A stretch of DNA of 64,000 nt from an uncultured bacterium (GCA_963826535.1 CAWGXL010000011.1:803521-867520); one strand, 5' to 3'. Positions 45,640 to 55,816 are shown, counted from the stretch's first letter. Numbers and translations are program-made. Notes: generated from the sequence alone by a model not told the origin.

Positions 45640-45900
45640 AGCTCATACTCATGAGCAATATCCTCCATACCTTAGCATTCGCCTTTTAGTACTATTCGTA
45701 CACGGCTCATGCTGCGGTATTCGGAGGATGATGAGATCGTTGTCCCATCAAAAAAGGACCTCTCGCGGTCCCATCCTTGATTCCTAAAGGCATTTTTCCT
45801 TTAGGCTCTTCGGCCGACTCCGCGTTACGACATCGACTGTTGTAGTTTACGGTTCAACTTCCGTAAGGCATTTTTGCCTTCAGCTTCCGGATCGTGACTC
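45640..45900 (-). promoter_or_regulatory. Candidate T-box riboswitch leader (tRNA-His-sensing) upstream of hisG-hisS
   Basis: On the minus strand: strong stem cctaaagg-aaaaatg-cctttagg (Stem III-like), then aaucaAGGAUGGGACCGCGag matching the T-box consensus AGGGUGGNACCGCG (12/13). Bulge UGGG implies discriminator C73 (tRNA-His). Then ggacc-gcgaga-ggtcc + UUUUUU terminator. Confidence 0.45.
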
Positions 45901-46074
45901 CGGTCAGACGCTTTATAAATCTTTAATTGTTCTGTTATTTTAGCATAAAAGAATATTTTGTCAAATTTTGTAGGCTATTTTATCAGCTTTCGTAGAGGTT
46001 GTGAAGTGCTTTTGTTACTGGATACGTTTATTTGCTATTTGTTTAAAACCGATAGAAAATCAGCAATTTTAGTT

Positions 46075-46911
46075 TTATTTAGCTTGTATATATTCTTTTT
46101 GGGCAACTTGATTAAGTATTAGTCTAAAATCGCTAAATACTTCAAGTCCATTCTCCTTCCCAAATGATCCACTAGGGCCTCTAGCAACACCTAGTACTTT
46201 TCCTTCATTATCTACCAAAGGCCCACCGCTATTGCCTGGTAAAACTCTTCCATTATAGTAAAGATGTAGGTCTTTTGTCTCAGTTACCCCTTGCCTTTTC
46301 ATCAAAGCTTGCATATAAGGAGTGTGGTTGGGAGGCTCTTTAGTAGAAACTTTGCCTATACTTATTAAAGGTCTTTGAGAGTCAGCCCAAGCTTCTTTAA
46401 ATTCACCGGGAAACCTAATGGCTGCAGCATTTTGAGTTGTATCATGGCGCACATTCTGTTCGGATATCTCAACTCCTTCATTATCGCCTTCAAATGGAAA
46501 TATAGCTGCATCAGTTGCATGCATGCCATTAGATTTAGCGGTGATGCTATCATAAAGCAAATCAGGATTTTTCATCACCCCTTCTATCATTTCTCCTTTA
46601 TTATCTCTGTAGTGATACTTCAGTGATTTTTCAGGATGAGCTAACATTTCGTCTATTACATGTGTTGCTGTTACTAAATATTTATTCCCCTCATAGGAAA
46701 TGATTACTCCACTGCCACCAGGTTCTGAAGGGTTTTCACTTACAAGTACGGTTGCATTAACAGCTTGTTGTAATTCTGGAATAACACCTTGTTCAGATTT
46801 AAAATAATGAGTCCTATCTTGAAATGTAGGATTTTGGAATGTTGCTGTGTCTAATGAATCCCTAACTTCAGTAGCTGGTCTATACCCAGTTTCTATAAAA
46901 CCTGCATCCAT
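46075..46911 (-). CDS. Trypsin-like (S1 family) serine peptidase, no signal peptide
   Basis: His in YLVTATHVI, Asp in ATDAAIFPF, Ser in GNSGGPLVDNEGKVLGVA. Confidence 0.7.
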   Translation of the reverse strand: MDAGFIETGYRPATEVRDSLDTATFQNPTFQDRTHYFKSEQGVIPELQQAVNATVLVSENPSEPGGSGVIISYEGNKYLVTATHVIDEMLAHPEKSLKYHYRDNKGEMIEGVMKNPDLLYDSITAKSNGMHATDAAIFPFEGDNEGVEISEQNVRHDTTQNAAAIRFPGEFKEAWADSQRPLISIGKVSTKEPPNHTPYMQALMKRQGVTETKDLHLYYNGRVLPGNSGGPLVDNEGKVLGVARGPSGSFGKENGLEVFSDFRLILNQVAQKEYIQAK

Positions 46912-47076
46912 ATTTATTATTAGTATATCAAAAATGTGGCAAAGAAGAATGCTATTGTTTAGCTTTAATTTCGGATTGAGGGAGTTATTAGATTTCTATA
47001 AGTTGTTTTGGGGATTTTTTGTTAGCTATTGAGATGCATGGGTAAATAAGGAAGATTTTATTATTTTGATATGTAT

Positions 47077-47883
47077 TTATTCTTTTTGGGCAACTTGTTT
47101 AAGTATCTGTCTAAAATCGCTAAATATATTATTCTCACCAAATCCACTAGGGCCTTCAGCAACACCTAGTACTTTTCCTTCATTATCTACCAAAGGCCCA
47201 CCACTATTGCCTCGTGTAATTTTTCCATTATAGTAAAAATATAGATCTTCTATCTCATTTACCGTTTGTATTTCCAAAGCATGCATGTAAGTATTGTATA
47301 TAAGAGGCTTGTTAGGAAAGGCATTTCCTATACTAATTAAGGGTCTTTGAGATTCAACCCAAGCATGTTTAAATGCACCAGGAAATCCTATGGCTGCAGT
47401 ATTTTGGGTTACATTATGTAGCAAACTCTTTTCAGATATTTCAACTCCTTCATTGCCGCCTTCAAATGGAAATATAGCTGCATCAGTAGATCGCAGACCT
47501 TTAGATATAGCTGTAATGCTATCATAAAGCAAATCAGGATTTTTCATCACCCCTTCTTTTATCTCTCCTTTACTATCTCTGTAGTGATATTTAAGTGACG
47601 TTTCAGGATGAGCTAACATTTCACCAATCACATGTGTTGCTGTTACTAAATATTTATTCCCCTCATAGGAAATGATTACTCCACTGCCACCAGGTTCTGA
47701 AGGGTTTTCACTTACAAGTACGGTTGCATTAACAGCTTGTTGTAATTCTGGAATAACACCTTGTTCAGATTTAAAATAGATAATTCTATCTAAAGGTGTA
47801 GGATTTTGGAATGTTGCTGTGTCTAATGATCTCCTTACCTCAGAAGTTTGTCTATATAGAGCTTCTACAGCATTTGAAACCAT
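47077..47883 (-). CDS. Trypsin-like (S1 family) serine peptidase, tandem paralogue
   Basis: Same triad motifs. About 150 bp (47640-47790) are 100% identical to 46661-46810 of the neighbour, with identical upstream catatttattattagt; C-terminal halves diverge. Confidence 0.7.
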   Translation of the reverse strand: MVSNAVEALYRQTSEVRRSLDTATFQNPTPLDRIIYFKSEQGVIPELQQAVNATVLVSENPSEPGGSGVIISYEGNKYLVTATHVIGEMLAHPETSLKYHYRDSKGEIKEGVMKNPDLLYDSITAISKGLRSTDAAIFPFEGGNEGVEISEKSLLHNVTQNTAAIGFPGAFKHAWVESQRPLISIGNAFPNKPLIYNTYMHALEIQTVNEIEDLYFYYNGKITRGNSGGPLVDNEGKVLGVAEGPSGFGENNIFSDFRQILKQVAQKE

Positions 47884-47990
47884 ATTTATTATTAGTGTAG
47901 CAAAAAAGTTTTGTAAATCAAGCTCATTTATTAAGATTGGCATTAACTAAGGAGAGGGTGGTTTGTATGAAATTTTGAGTGAGGGGAATA

Positions 47991-49109
47991 TTAAATTTCT
48001 ATAAGGTTTTTGGGGGATTTGGTTAGTTGGATAAGTTTATTGTTTTGGATTGTAAAGAGGTCTTCGGTGCGGACGCCGAATTTATCAGGCAGGTAAATTC
48101 CCGGCTCTATTGAGAAGACCATTCCATTTTGGAGTTTATCTTTTGATTTTGGTGAGAGTCTGGGGGCTTCGTGGACTTCAAGGCCAATCCCGTGTCCGAG
48201 TCCGTGGGGGTAGGCAGGATAACCCTTGGAAACTATATAAAATCTTGCAGCATTATCTAAATCTAGTGTTTTTATTACTCTAGATTGTTTTATTGTTTCA
48301 TTGTTATATTGTTCAATTGCTTTTTGTTGGGAGGCGAGGACGGTTTCATAGATACGTTTTTTTTCAGGTGAAACTTTTCCGAAATGTATTGTCCGCGTCA
48401 TGTCGGAGCAGTAATTTTCGTATTTTACGCCAAAGTCTAGAAGTATAAATTCGTTGTTTTTTAATTTGCGGGTTCCTGTTTTGTGGTGGGGAATGGCGGC
48501 GTTTTCTTCGAATGCAAGGATTGTCGCGAATGAAATGTCGGAACCTTGTTTTCTTATGAAATGTTCGAGCTCAAAAGCAATATCTTTTTCTGCCATTCCG
48601 ACTTTTATAAAGGACAGGATATGAGTGAAAGCCTTATCGCCAATCTGACATGCTTTTTTAATTTTTTTTATTTCTTTTTGAACTTTGATTATTCTGAGTG
48701 ACGATAGGTCGATGTGATTAATTTTTTTAATTAATTTTTTATTATTATTTAGGCGAGATAAAATTTTTTCATGCTCGTATACAGTGAGGTTATGTGCGTC
48801 AATTCCGAGGGACTTAATATTTTCTTGCTTTAAAATTTTTTCTAATTCTAATATTTTTTCATGACTTGTTGTTTCAGAACCTACTAAAAGTTTGAAGTCT
48901 TTAACATGTTTTTTTACAGCGTGCACGTACCTTCCATCGGTAATTATATAATTGTTATTTTTTGTAATAAGCAGAAAAGCTTCTCTTTCCATGTTTGAGA
49001 AATAAGAGAAATCTGTTAGATAGATAATATCTGGGACAGAGGAGATGAGGGCCGCGTCTAAAGACTTAGTAGAAAGTAATTTTTTAAATTTTGATAGACG
49101 AGTGTTCAT
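47991..49109 (-). CDS. M24 family Xaa-Pro aminopeptidase / prolidase
   Basis: HGLGHGIGLEVHEAPRL and other metal ligands (D...D...H...E...E pattern) of the creatinase/prolidase fold. Confidence 0.8.
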   Translation of the reverse strand: MNTRLSKFKKLLSTKSLDAALISSVPDIIYLTDFSYFSNMEREAFLLITKNNNYIITDGRYVHAVKKHVKDFKLLVGSETTSHEKILELEKILKQENIKSLGIDAHNLTVYEHEKILSRLNNNKKLIKKINHIDLSSLRIIKVQKEIKKIKKACQIGDKAFTHILSFIKVGMAEKDIAFELEHFIRKQGSDISFATILAFEENAAIPHHKTGTRKLKNNEFILLDFGVKYENYCSDMTRTIHFGKVSPEKKRIYETVLASQQKAIEQYNNETIKQSRVIKTLDLDNAARFYIVSKGYPAYPHGLGHGIGLEVHEAPRLSPKSKDKLQNGMVFSIEPGIYLPDKFGVRTEDLFTIQNNKLIQLTKSPKNLIEI

Positions 49110-50011
49110 TGTTTATATATTTTCAGAAAATTTTCCACTGCTTCGGCGGACATGGCTTCGTCGGCTTCTTTGGAGAAGCCGCCGATGTGGGGAGTTAGAA
49201 TAACGTTGGGAAGTCCAAGAAATTCTTTTTTGAAATTTGGTTCATTTTCAAAGGTGTCTAGTGCGGCGCCGTTTATGTCCCCGTTTTTTAGCGATTTAAT
49301 GAGATCTTCCTCATCGATAATGCCGCCGCGAGAGGTGTTGATAATACACGCACTTTTTTTGATTAAGGCAAGTTTTTCTTTATTAATTAAGCCGCGAGTT
49401 TCGGAATTTAGGGGGAGGTGGAGAGTAATAATATCAGAATTTTTCAATACTTCATCAAGTTCGCATTTGCGCGCGCGGCGCTCTTTTAAAGTTTTTTCGT
49501 CAAGGTATGGATCGTAGGCAATTATTTCTTTGATGCCAAAAGCGATTAGTTTTTCTATAGTTAATTTGCCGATCGCACCGCAACCTAAAAAGCCTATGGT
49601 TTTATTTTTTAGTTCGGAGCCTATTTTTTCTTGGCTTCGCCAGCTACCTTTTATCAGTAAGTCCATTTGTAGCGGAATTTTCCTGATCAGCAAAATCATA
49701 AAACAGACGACAAGTTCGGATACCGCGTTCGCATTTGAACCGGGGCTACTTATGACTTTTATCCCTCTTTTTTCGCAAGCTTTTATGTCAATATTTTCCA
49801 GTCCTACGCCTGCACGGAGAATATATTTTAGGTTGGGGTATTCATCGAGTAAAGTAGAAGTAACTTGTGTATAAGTTCGAATGAAAAATGCTCCGATTTC
49901 TTTTTTATTTCCTGCGTTTCGTATTTCTGTTTGTAACGTAAAGCCATTCTTTTTTAACAAAACTAGCGCCTTTGGATGGATTTCCGGGTCTTCGAAAATT
50001 AGGAATTTCAT
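49106..50011 (-). CDS. D-isomer-specific 2-hydroxyacid dehydrogenase family protein
   Basis: NAD-binding GFLGCGAIGK, catalytic RG...E...H arrangement. Confidence 0.75.
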   Translation of the reverse strand: MKFLIFEDPEIHPKALVLLKKNGFTLQTEIRNAGNKKEIGAFFIRTYTQVTSTLLDEYPNLKYILRAGVGLENIDIKACEKRGIKVISSPGSNANAVSELVVCFMILLIRKIPLQMDLLIKGSWRSQEKIGSELKNKTIGFLGCGAIGKLTIEKLIAFGIKEIIAYDPYLDEKTLKERRARKCELDEVLKNSDIITLHLPLNSETRGLINKEKLALIKKSACIINTSRGGIIDEEDLIKSLKNGDINGAALDTFENEPNFKKEFLGLPNVILTPHIGGFSKEADEAMSAEAVENFLKIYKQ

Positions 50012-50017
50012 ATGAAT

Positions 50018-50857
50018 TTATTCTATTGCGGGTTTAGTGGGAGTAATTTTTTTAGTAATATTTGGCGATGGAGATAAATCTTCAGTTATGGTTGGTTCGG
50101 GAATAATTATTTTCGGATTTGTGGGTAGTTCGGCTAGATCCAGAATTCGGCTGGCGACGAGAAGAGCAGGATCAATTTTATCCGGGAAACCTGTAACCAT
50201 GACCCTATCGCCAATATTTAATTTTGAAAAACCAAATTTGGTAACACCATCATCTTTGGTATATGAAGAGATATTTGTTATGGTTTGGATATCAACTTTT
50301 GTTTGTTTTTTATTATCGGAAATTACTGTAATAGTGAAATTTTTACTATCCAGCTCGGCAATCCGGCCTGAAAGATATGTTGGCGTGATTAGAGAATCAA
50401 TAAATCTAGCAAGGATTCTTTGGGATTGCTTATTGTAAAGGCCCAGGACGCTGATTTTTGTACCTTTTACTAGGTCAGATAATCCAAAGCTACTTTTTGC
50501 CGAAGGAGAGGAAAATTTGGTTATTTCATCCACATCTAAAAATCTGGTTTTTCCTGTCATATCGGTGAAAGTGACTTGGTTGCCAGAGGAATCGGTAACA
50601 TTGCCAATAATTCCTCTTTTTTCAACAAGATTTAATTCTGCTACACGTGAGGCGATGCGATCTTTGAGTTGATTTATCTGTTTGTTTAATTTTTCTCCTA
50701 CAATATTTTGGGTGGAAGATGAAGTCGCGGATGGGGCGGTCGTTGCTTGAATTTGCGCAGTTTTTTTGGTTGGGACTGGAGTAGCGGCTATTATTGGACT
50801 AACAATTAGATTTATTAAAAGTATTGCTGATAAAAATGCGAAAAATAATTTTTTCAT
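50018..50857 (-). CDS. Hypothetical secreted protein
   Basis: Signal peptide MKKLFFAFLSAILLINLIVSPIIAAT; no recognised domain. Confidence 0.45.
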   Translation of the reverse strand: MKKLFFAFLSAILLINLIVSPIIAATPVPTKKTAQIQATTAPSATSSSTQNIVGEKLNKQINQLKDRIASRVAELNLVEKRGIIGNVTDSSGNQVTFTDMTGKTRFLDVDEITKFSSPSAKSSFGLSDLVKGTKISVLGLYNKQSQRILARFIDSLITPTYLSGRIAELDSKNFTITVISDNKKQTKVDIQTITNISSYTKDDGVTKFGFSKLNIGDRVMVTGFPDKIDPALLVASRILDLAELPTNPKIIIPEPTITEDLSPSPNITKKITPTKPAIE

Positions 50858-50864
50858 ATTTTAC

Positions 50865-51299
50865 TTAAAAATTTTCTGTTGAGTAGGTTACTGTCCTTAT
50901 TACTTTCTTTTCTTCACCGTCCGGAAACACAGCAGTAATTTGAATCATATTTGTTCCATCACTTATCGTATCACTTAAAGTAAAGTCCCCATTGGATGCA
51001 GGGACTACAACTTGATCACTGGTTTCAGTGGAGACTATTATTGTAGCTTTGGGGCTTGTTTTTCCAGTTATAGTGATTGTTTTGGTATTTACGACTGATT
51101 CATCTTTTGGGTTTTCAACAGTTAAGAAATTTTCATTATTGGGTGTGGGTGTTGGAGTAATTTGGGTTTTGACGGTAAGTGGTTGGTTTTTTGCCAGGGG
51201 AACTGTTTTTGTCATTTGATAGAGGTAAAATGCCACTCCGGCAGCAATCAGACCTACGATTACCGCAACTAATGATAAGATAACTTTTTCCGCTTTCAT
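50865..51299 (-). CDS. Hypothetical membrane-anchored Thr-rich protein
   Basis: N-terminal TM (ILSLVAVIVGLIAAGVAFYLY), TPTPTP linker, beta-rich C-terminus. Confidence 0.45.
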   Translation of the reverse strand: MKAEKVILSLVAVIVGLIAAGVAFYLYQMTKTVPLAKNQPLTVKTQITPTPTPNNENFLTVENPKDESVVNTKTITITGKTSPKATIIVSTETSDQVVVPASNGDFTLSDTISDGTNMIQITAVFPDGEEKKVIRTVTYSTENF

Positions 51300-51315
51300 A
51301 AGATTCTATATAAAG

Positions 51316-51921
51316 ATGAGGCAAGTACGGCTTCATAATACGATAAAAGCAACCTCTTGTCAATATTGGCGCGCATATGCTAGGATGGGGTACATGGAAA
51401 TTGCTCTTCTCCCTAAAGACTCATTAAGAATAAAGGGGAAACGCGCGTCTTTCGCTGTGGATCCTCCCTCCTCGGAGGGCAAGCAAGATAAAAATCCGTA
51501 CTCTGCGGCAATTGTTTTAACACGATCAATTGATCAGTTACAAATCCAGCATGATGCTGTTGTTATTAATGGTCCAGGTGAATACGAGATTGGAGGAATA
51601 AAAATGAACTCCAGTAGCAGTGAAGAGGATATTATTTATAATCCGAATGTGGATGGGGTGGACATTCTTTTGGGAAAACTTACATCCATTGAGAAAATGC
51701 AGCATAAGTTAAAAGAACAACATATTATTTTAGTGTATGTTGATTCAATATCAAACGTTTCATTTGTAAATTCTCTTGCCTCTAATGTGGTTATATTTTA
51801 TGGAGAACTTGCCTCTAAACTTGTTGAGTCGTTGGGGAAAGGAAATGTTGCCACTATGTCGAAATATTCAGTTACACTTGATAAGCTTCCTCAGGAAGTT
51901 GTGACAGTGATACTTGAATAA
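51316..51921 (+). CDS. Hypothetical protein (start probably at internal ATG about 51376-51385)
   Basis: ORF upstream of dnaB; no homology recognised. Confidence 0.35.
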   Translation: MRQVRLHNTIKATSCQYWRAYARMGYMEIALLPKDSLRIKGKRASFAVDPPSSEGKQDKNPYSAAIVLTRSIDQLQIQHDAVVINGPGEYEIGGIKMNSSSSEEDIIYNPNVDGVDILLGKLTSIEKMQHKLKEQHIILVYVDSISNVSFVNSLASNVVIFYGELASKLVESLGKGNVATMSKYSVTLDKLPQEVVTVILE

Positions 51922-52015
51922 TAAATTCAAAATTCAAAGCACCAAATTCCAAATAATATCAAAATTCAAATAATTAAATCCAAAACGTTTTTAATTTAGA
52001 ATTTTGATATTGGGA
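51921..52015. repeat. AT-rich repeat, second copy of the 30136-30235 element
   Basis: ataataaattcaaaattcaaagcaccaaattccaaataatatcaaaattcaaataattaaatccaaaacgttttt. Confidence 0.6.
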
Positions 52016-52060
52016 TTTATTTGTGATTTGTTATTTTGGATTTGGAATTTGATTTTTATT

Positions 52061-53380
52061 ATGGCTATACGCACCCTTCCGCATAATGATACTGTAGAGC
52101 AGAATATTCTAGGCGCAATACTAATTGATAAAGACGCCATTATTTCGGTGTCGGAAATTCTTCTCCCAAAAGATTTCTATAGCGATATGAACGGTATTAT
52201 TTATGAGGCAATGCTTGTCTTGTATGAGCAGCGTGCGCCTATTGATCTTCTTACTTTAACTGAGGCACTTAAAAAGAAAAAACAACTTAAAAAAGTGGAT
52301 TCGGGATATTTAACCGACTTAGTTGAAAAAGTGATGACTGCAGTAAATGTGGAATCATATGCGAAAATTGTGAAAGAGAATGCCACAAAGCGAAATCTTA
52401 TTCATGCCGGAAATGAGGTAGCAGAGCTTGGGTATGCTGAGGAGAAGGAAGTGAAGGAGATTTTGGATAGGGCAGAAGGAGCAATTTTTTCCATTTCTCA
52501 AGGACATATGAAGGGCGGGTTTGTGCCGATTAAGTCTGCACTTACTGAGAGCTTTGACAGGATTGATGAGCTGCATAGAAAAGGGGAAGGAATGAGAGGT
52601 GTCAGAACCGGTTTTATTGATTTGGATAATATTCTGTCGGGAATGCAGAAGTCAAATCTTTTGATTTTGGCTGCCAGACCGGGACAGGGCAAGACAGCGC
52701 TTGTTTTAAATATTGCACAACATATTGCATTAAAAGACAAATTACCAGTCGGGATTTTTTCTTTGGAAATGAGTAAGGAGGAGCTTGTTGACAGGTTTCT
52801 AATCTCACAATCAGATGTGGATGCTTGGCGTCTGAAGACAGGACGTTTGTCGGAGGACGATTTTACTAAAATATCTCAAGCAATGGGGGAGTTGGCAGAA
52901 GCGCCTCTTTTTATTGATGATACACCCGGGCTTACAATTGTTGAGATGCGCAGTAAGGCACGAAGGTTGCAGATGGAGCACAATTTGGGTCTTTTGGTGG
53001 TTGATTATTTGCAGCTCGTCGATCCGGGTCGTAGATATGATAATAGAGTACAGGAAGTGTCGATGGTTTCGCAGGCTTTGAAGAATTTGGCGAGGGAGTT
53101 GAATGTACCGGTTCTTGCGGCTTCGCAGCTATCGCGGGCTGTTGAACATAGAGGGGAGAGACGGCCGCAACTCGCTGATTTGAGGGAGTCAGGTGCAATT
53201 GAGCAGGATGCTGATGTGGTGATGTTTATTTACCGGCCGGATAGTGAAGTGAGACAAGGGCAAATCCCGATAAAGATGCTTATTGCCAAGCATAGGAATG
53301 GTCCGACGGGGGAGATAGATATGTTGTTTTTTGGAAATAGGATTAGGTTTGGAAGTGTTGAGAGAGCTAGACAGGAGTGA
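52061..53380 (+). CDS. dnaB: Replicative DNA helicase DnaB
   Basis: N-terminal domain NDTVEQNILGAILID; Walker A ARPGQGKTALVL; Walker B/arginine finger region; no intein (normal length about 440 aa). Start set at MAIRTLPH. Confidence 0.85.
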   Translation: MAIRTLPHNDTVEQNILGAILIDKDAIISVSEILLPKDFYSDMNGIIYEAMLVLYEQRAPIDLLTLTEALKKKKQLKKVDSGYLTDLVEKVMTAVNVESYAKIVKENATKRNLIHAGNEVAELGYAEEKEVKEILDRAEGAIFSISQGHMKGGFVPIKSALTESFDRIDELHRKGEGMRGVRTGFIDLDNILSGMQKSNLLILAARPGQGKTALVLNIAQHIALKDKLPVGIFSLEMSKEELVDRFLISQSDVDAWRLKTGRLSEDDFTKISQAMGELAEAPLFIDDTPGLTIVEMRSKARRLQMEHNLGLLVVDYLQLVDPGRRYDNRVQEVSMVSQALKNLARELNVPVLAASQLSRAVEHRGERRPQLADLRESGAIEQDADVVMFIYRPDSEVRQGQIPIKMLIAKHRNGPTGEIDMLFFGNRIRFGSVERARQE

Positions 53381-53752
53381 ACTTTATTAAATTAAAATTT
53401 ATTAAGAGGTATCACTGATAATTATACTAAGGATGAGTAAGTTATTTTTGAGTTTGTTTTTAGTTCGAGATTCATAGCGTTTTTGAGTAGTTTGACAAGT
53501 TTCCCCTCAATTCTGAGATTTTTCATATTCATTAAGTTTTTCAAGATTAAATTTGAGAAGTAAAACATTGTATTTAGTAATAAAAAAGAGTTCTGTAAGT
53601 TGTCTTGGTTTGACAGGATAGTATTCATTATTTCAGTTCATTCGTATATTGCGCATTTTTAAAGTAATTGGTGAGGTATTTACTGATTGACAATTTTTGT
53701 AAAGTTTGCTGTACTTAGTTGTAGAGTTATATAAATCAGTGCTAAAAAGTTC

Positions 53753-55816
53753 TTGGAAGATAATGATTTTATGAATTTTAAGAAAACAATTCCAAATATT
53801 TATAAAAGTTGGGGTATGTACTTAGTAGTATTAATGTGTCTATTCTTCCTGGCGATTACTTTCTTTACTGTTAACTCACTGCAAAAAGAAAAAACTAATT
53901 ATATAAGTAAGGCTCAATCATCCTTGGTACTTACAGCCTTTCCGGGTGCTGAAGGATTTGGTGCTAAGGCAACGGGCGGACGCGGGGGGGCTGTCATCAA
54001 AGTTACTAATTTGAATACATCCGGAATGGGTAGTTTACAGTGGGCAGTCGATCAACCTGGAGCGCGTGTAATAGTTTTTGGGGTTTCGGGGGTTATTCCC
54101 GGTGATGTTCGTATTTCCCACGGCGATATCACTATTGCCGGCCAAACAGCACCCGGCGCGGGTATTACGATCAACGGGCATCTGTCTACCCAGTATGGAA
54201 CCACGTTTGGCAATATAATCGTTCGTCATATTCGCGTACGACCACCGGGATTATCAGCCAGTTGGCCTGCCGGTCAGCATGACTCTATTCAGTTTTCTAC
54301 GAACAATACTATGATCTTGGATCACGTTGACATGTCCTATGGCGTTGATGAGACGGTGGATATGTGGGGAGGAGCGCGGGATATTACTGTACAGTGGTCA
54401 GCGATCACTTTTCCCGATACAGCGAGTTCGCATAATGTCGGATTCATCAATGGACCGGGAGGAGGCCGAGTTTCTATCCACCACAATCTTTTTGCGCATA
54501 GCAGATCCCGCAATCCGGCGCTTTCAGATGGGCCTTCCGATACGGTCAATAATGTCGTATACAACTTCCGTGAAGGGTTCGTGCACCACAACCCTGTAGC
54601 CGGAGACTTCAACATTATCGGGAACTATTTTAAATCTGGAAGTAATGCAGCAACCTCACCATTATGGTTTGACCCGGAAAATACACCAACCTCGCGGTAT
54701 TTCGTCTCTGATAACTACGTCGATCATCCCGGGAAATTTGTGGGTATTGTCAATAATCCATACACAACAGCCGGCTTTAGCACGTACTCCTTTGCGTGCT
54801 GCGGCATAACCTCTGCTCACTTCAATTATTCTACCGCTTTCGATTACAGTAGTTTTACGGGGTATGCACCCCTTACCGTGAATTCGCCCCAGACGGCCTA
54901 TACTACTGTATTGGATAAAGCAGGTACGTGGCCGCGTGATATTGTAAATCGGTGGGCAGTGGATGATGTTAAGAACCGCACGGGAGTGTGGGGGGCGCGT
55001 CGGCCTGCAAATTTCATGGATGGGTTAAATCCCGGTGTATATCCTGCCGATGTGGACAATGATGGTATAGCGGATAGTTGGGAAGCATCTCACGGCCTCA
55101 GTTCTTCTAATCCTAATGATTATAATTCTCTCCGGCCTTCCGGGTATACGGCGATCGAAGAATACATTAATGAACTGGCTGATTCTTTGACCGGTGCTAC
55201 TACCACACCCCCTCCATCACCAAGCGAACCCACTCCTACCAGCATTACAACCCCTACTTCGACACCATTACCGACATTTACCCCTATCCCTACACCAACA
55301 CCGACTCCCATTTTTACACCAACACCTACTCCTACATCTGTGCCTACTCCAACTCCAACAAAGACTCCGACACCAACTCCCGTCCCCACAGGCAATGGAC
55401 TGACAGGCTTATACTTTCCCAATAGAACCCTAAGCGGTGCACCTACTCTTGCCAGGATTGATCCTGCAGTCAATTTCATTTGGGCAACCGGTGCGCCCTC
55501 TCCCGCTCTTCCCTCCAATAACTTCTCTGTACGCTGGACAGGATATGTAATGCCACAATACTCCCAGCAATATACCTTCTATACTCAAAGCGATGATGGA
55601 GTAAGAGTGTGGGTAAACGGAATAAGGATAATCAATAATTGGACTGATCATGGGTCAACAGAAAATAGCGGAAAAATAAACCTCACAGCCGGAGTAAAAT
55701 ACACAATCAAACTAGAGTACTATGAAAAACAGGGCAATGCTCTTATCCAATTACGCTGGAGCAGTCCCTCCCAAGCAAAAGTTATTATTCTTCAGAGCAG
55801 GTTATATAGTAATTGA
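53753..55816 (+). CDS. Secreted right-handed beta-helix (pectate-lyase-like) protein with Pro/Thr linker and C-terminal PA14 domain
   Basis: N-terminal TM/signal; GAEGFGAKATGGRGG...WAVDQPGARVIVFGVSG pectate-lyase-type start; PTPTPTP linker (55200-55390); PA14 signature GLYFPN...FSVRWTGYV...YTFYTQSDDGVRVWVNG...KYTIKLEYYE. Confidence 0.7.
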   Translation: MEDNDFMNFKKTIPNIYKSWGMYLVVLMCLFFLAITFFTVNSLQKEKTNYISKAQSSLVLTAFPGAEGFGAKATGGRGGAVIKVTNLNTSGMGSLQWAVDQPGARVIVFGVSGVIPGDVRISHGDITIAGQTAPGAGITINGHLSTQYGTTFGNIIVRHIRVRPPGLSASWPAGQHDSIQFSTNNTMILDHVDMSYGVDETVDMWGGARDITVQWSAITFPDTASSHNVGFINGPGGGRVSIHHNLFAHSRSRNPALSDGPSDTVNNVVYNFREGFVHHNPVAGDFNIIGNYFKSGSNAATSPLWFDPENTPTSRYFVSDNYVDHPGKFVGIVNNPYTTAGFSTYSFACCGITSAHFNYSTAFDYSSFTGYAPLTVNSPQTAYTTVLDKAGTWPRDIVNRWAVDDVKNRTGVWGARRPANFMDGLNPGVYPADVDNDGIADSWEASHGLSSSNPNDYNSLRPSGYTAIEEYINELADSLTGATTTPPPSPSEPTPTSITTPTSTPLPTFTPIPTPTPTPIFTPTPTPTSVPTPTPTKTPTPTPVPTGNGLTGLYFPNRTLSGAPTLARIDPAVNFIWATGAPSPALPSNNFSVRWTGYVMPQYSQQYTFYTQSDDGVRVWVNGIRIINNWTDHGSTENSGKINLTAGVKYTIKLEYYEKQGNALIQLRWSSPSQAKVIILQSRLYSN

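Noticed and set aside
45477-45668. 63-aa ORF overlapping the hisG start and leader
   Set aside because: Lies within the structured leader region; more parsimoniously non-coding.
52004-53380. Intein in dnaB (common in small-genome bacteria)
   Set aside because: DnaB is of normal length with contiguous Walker motifs; no insertion.
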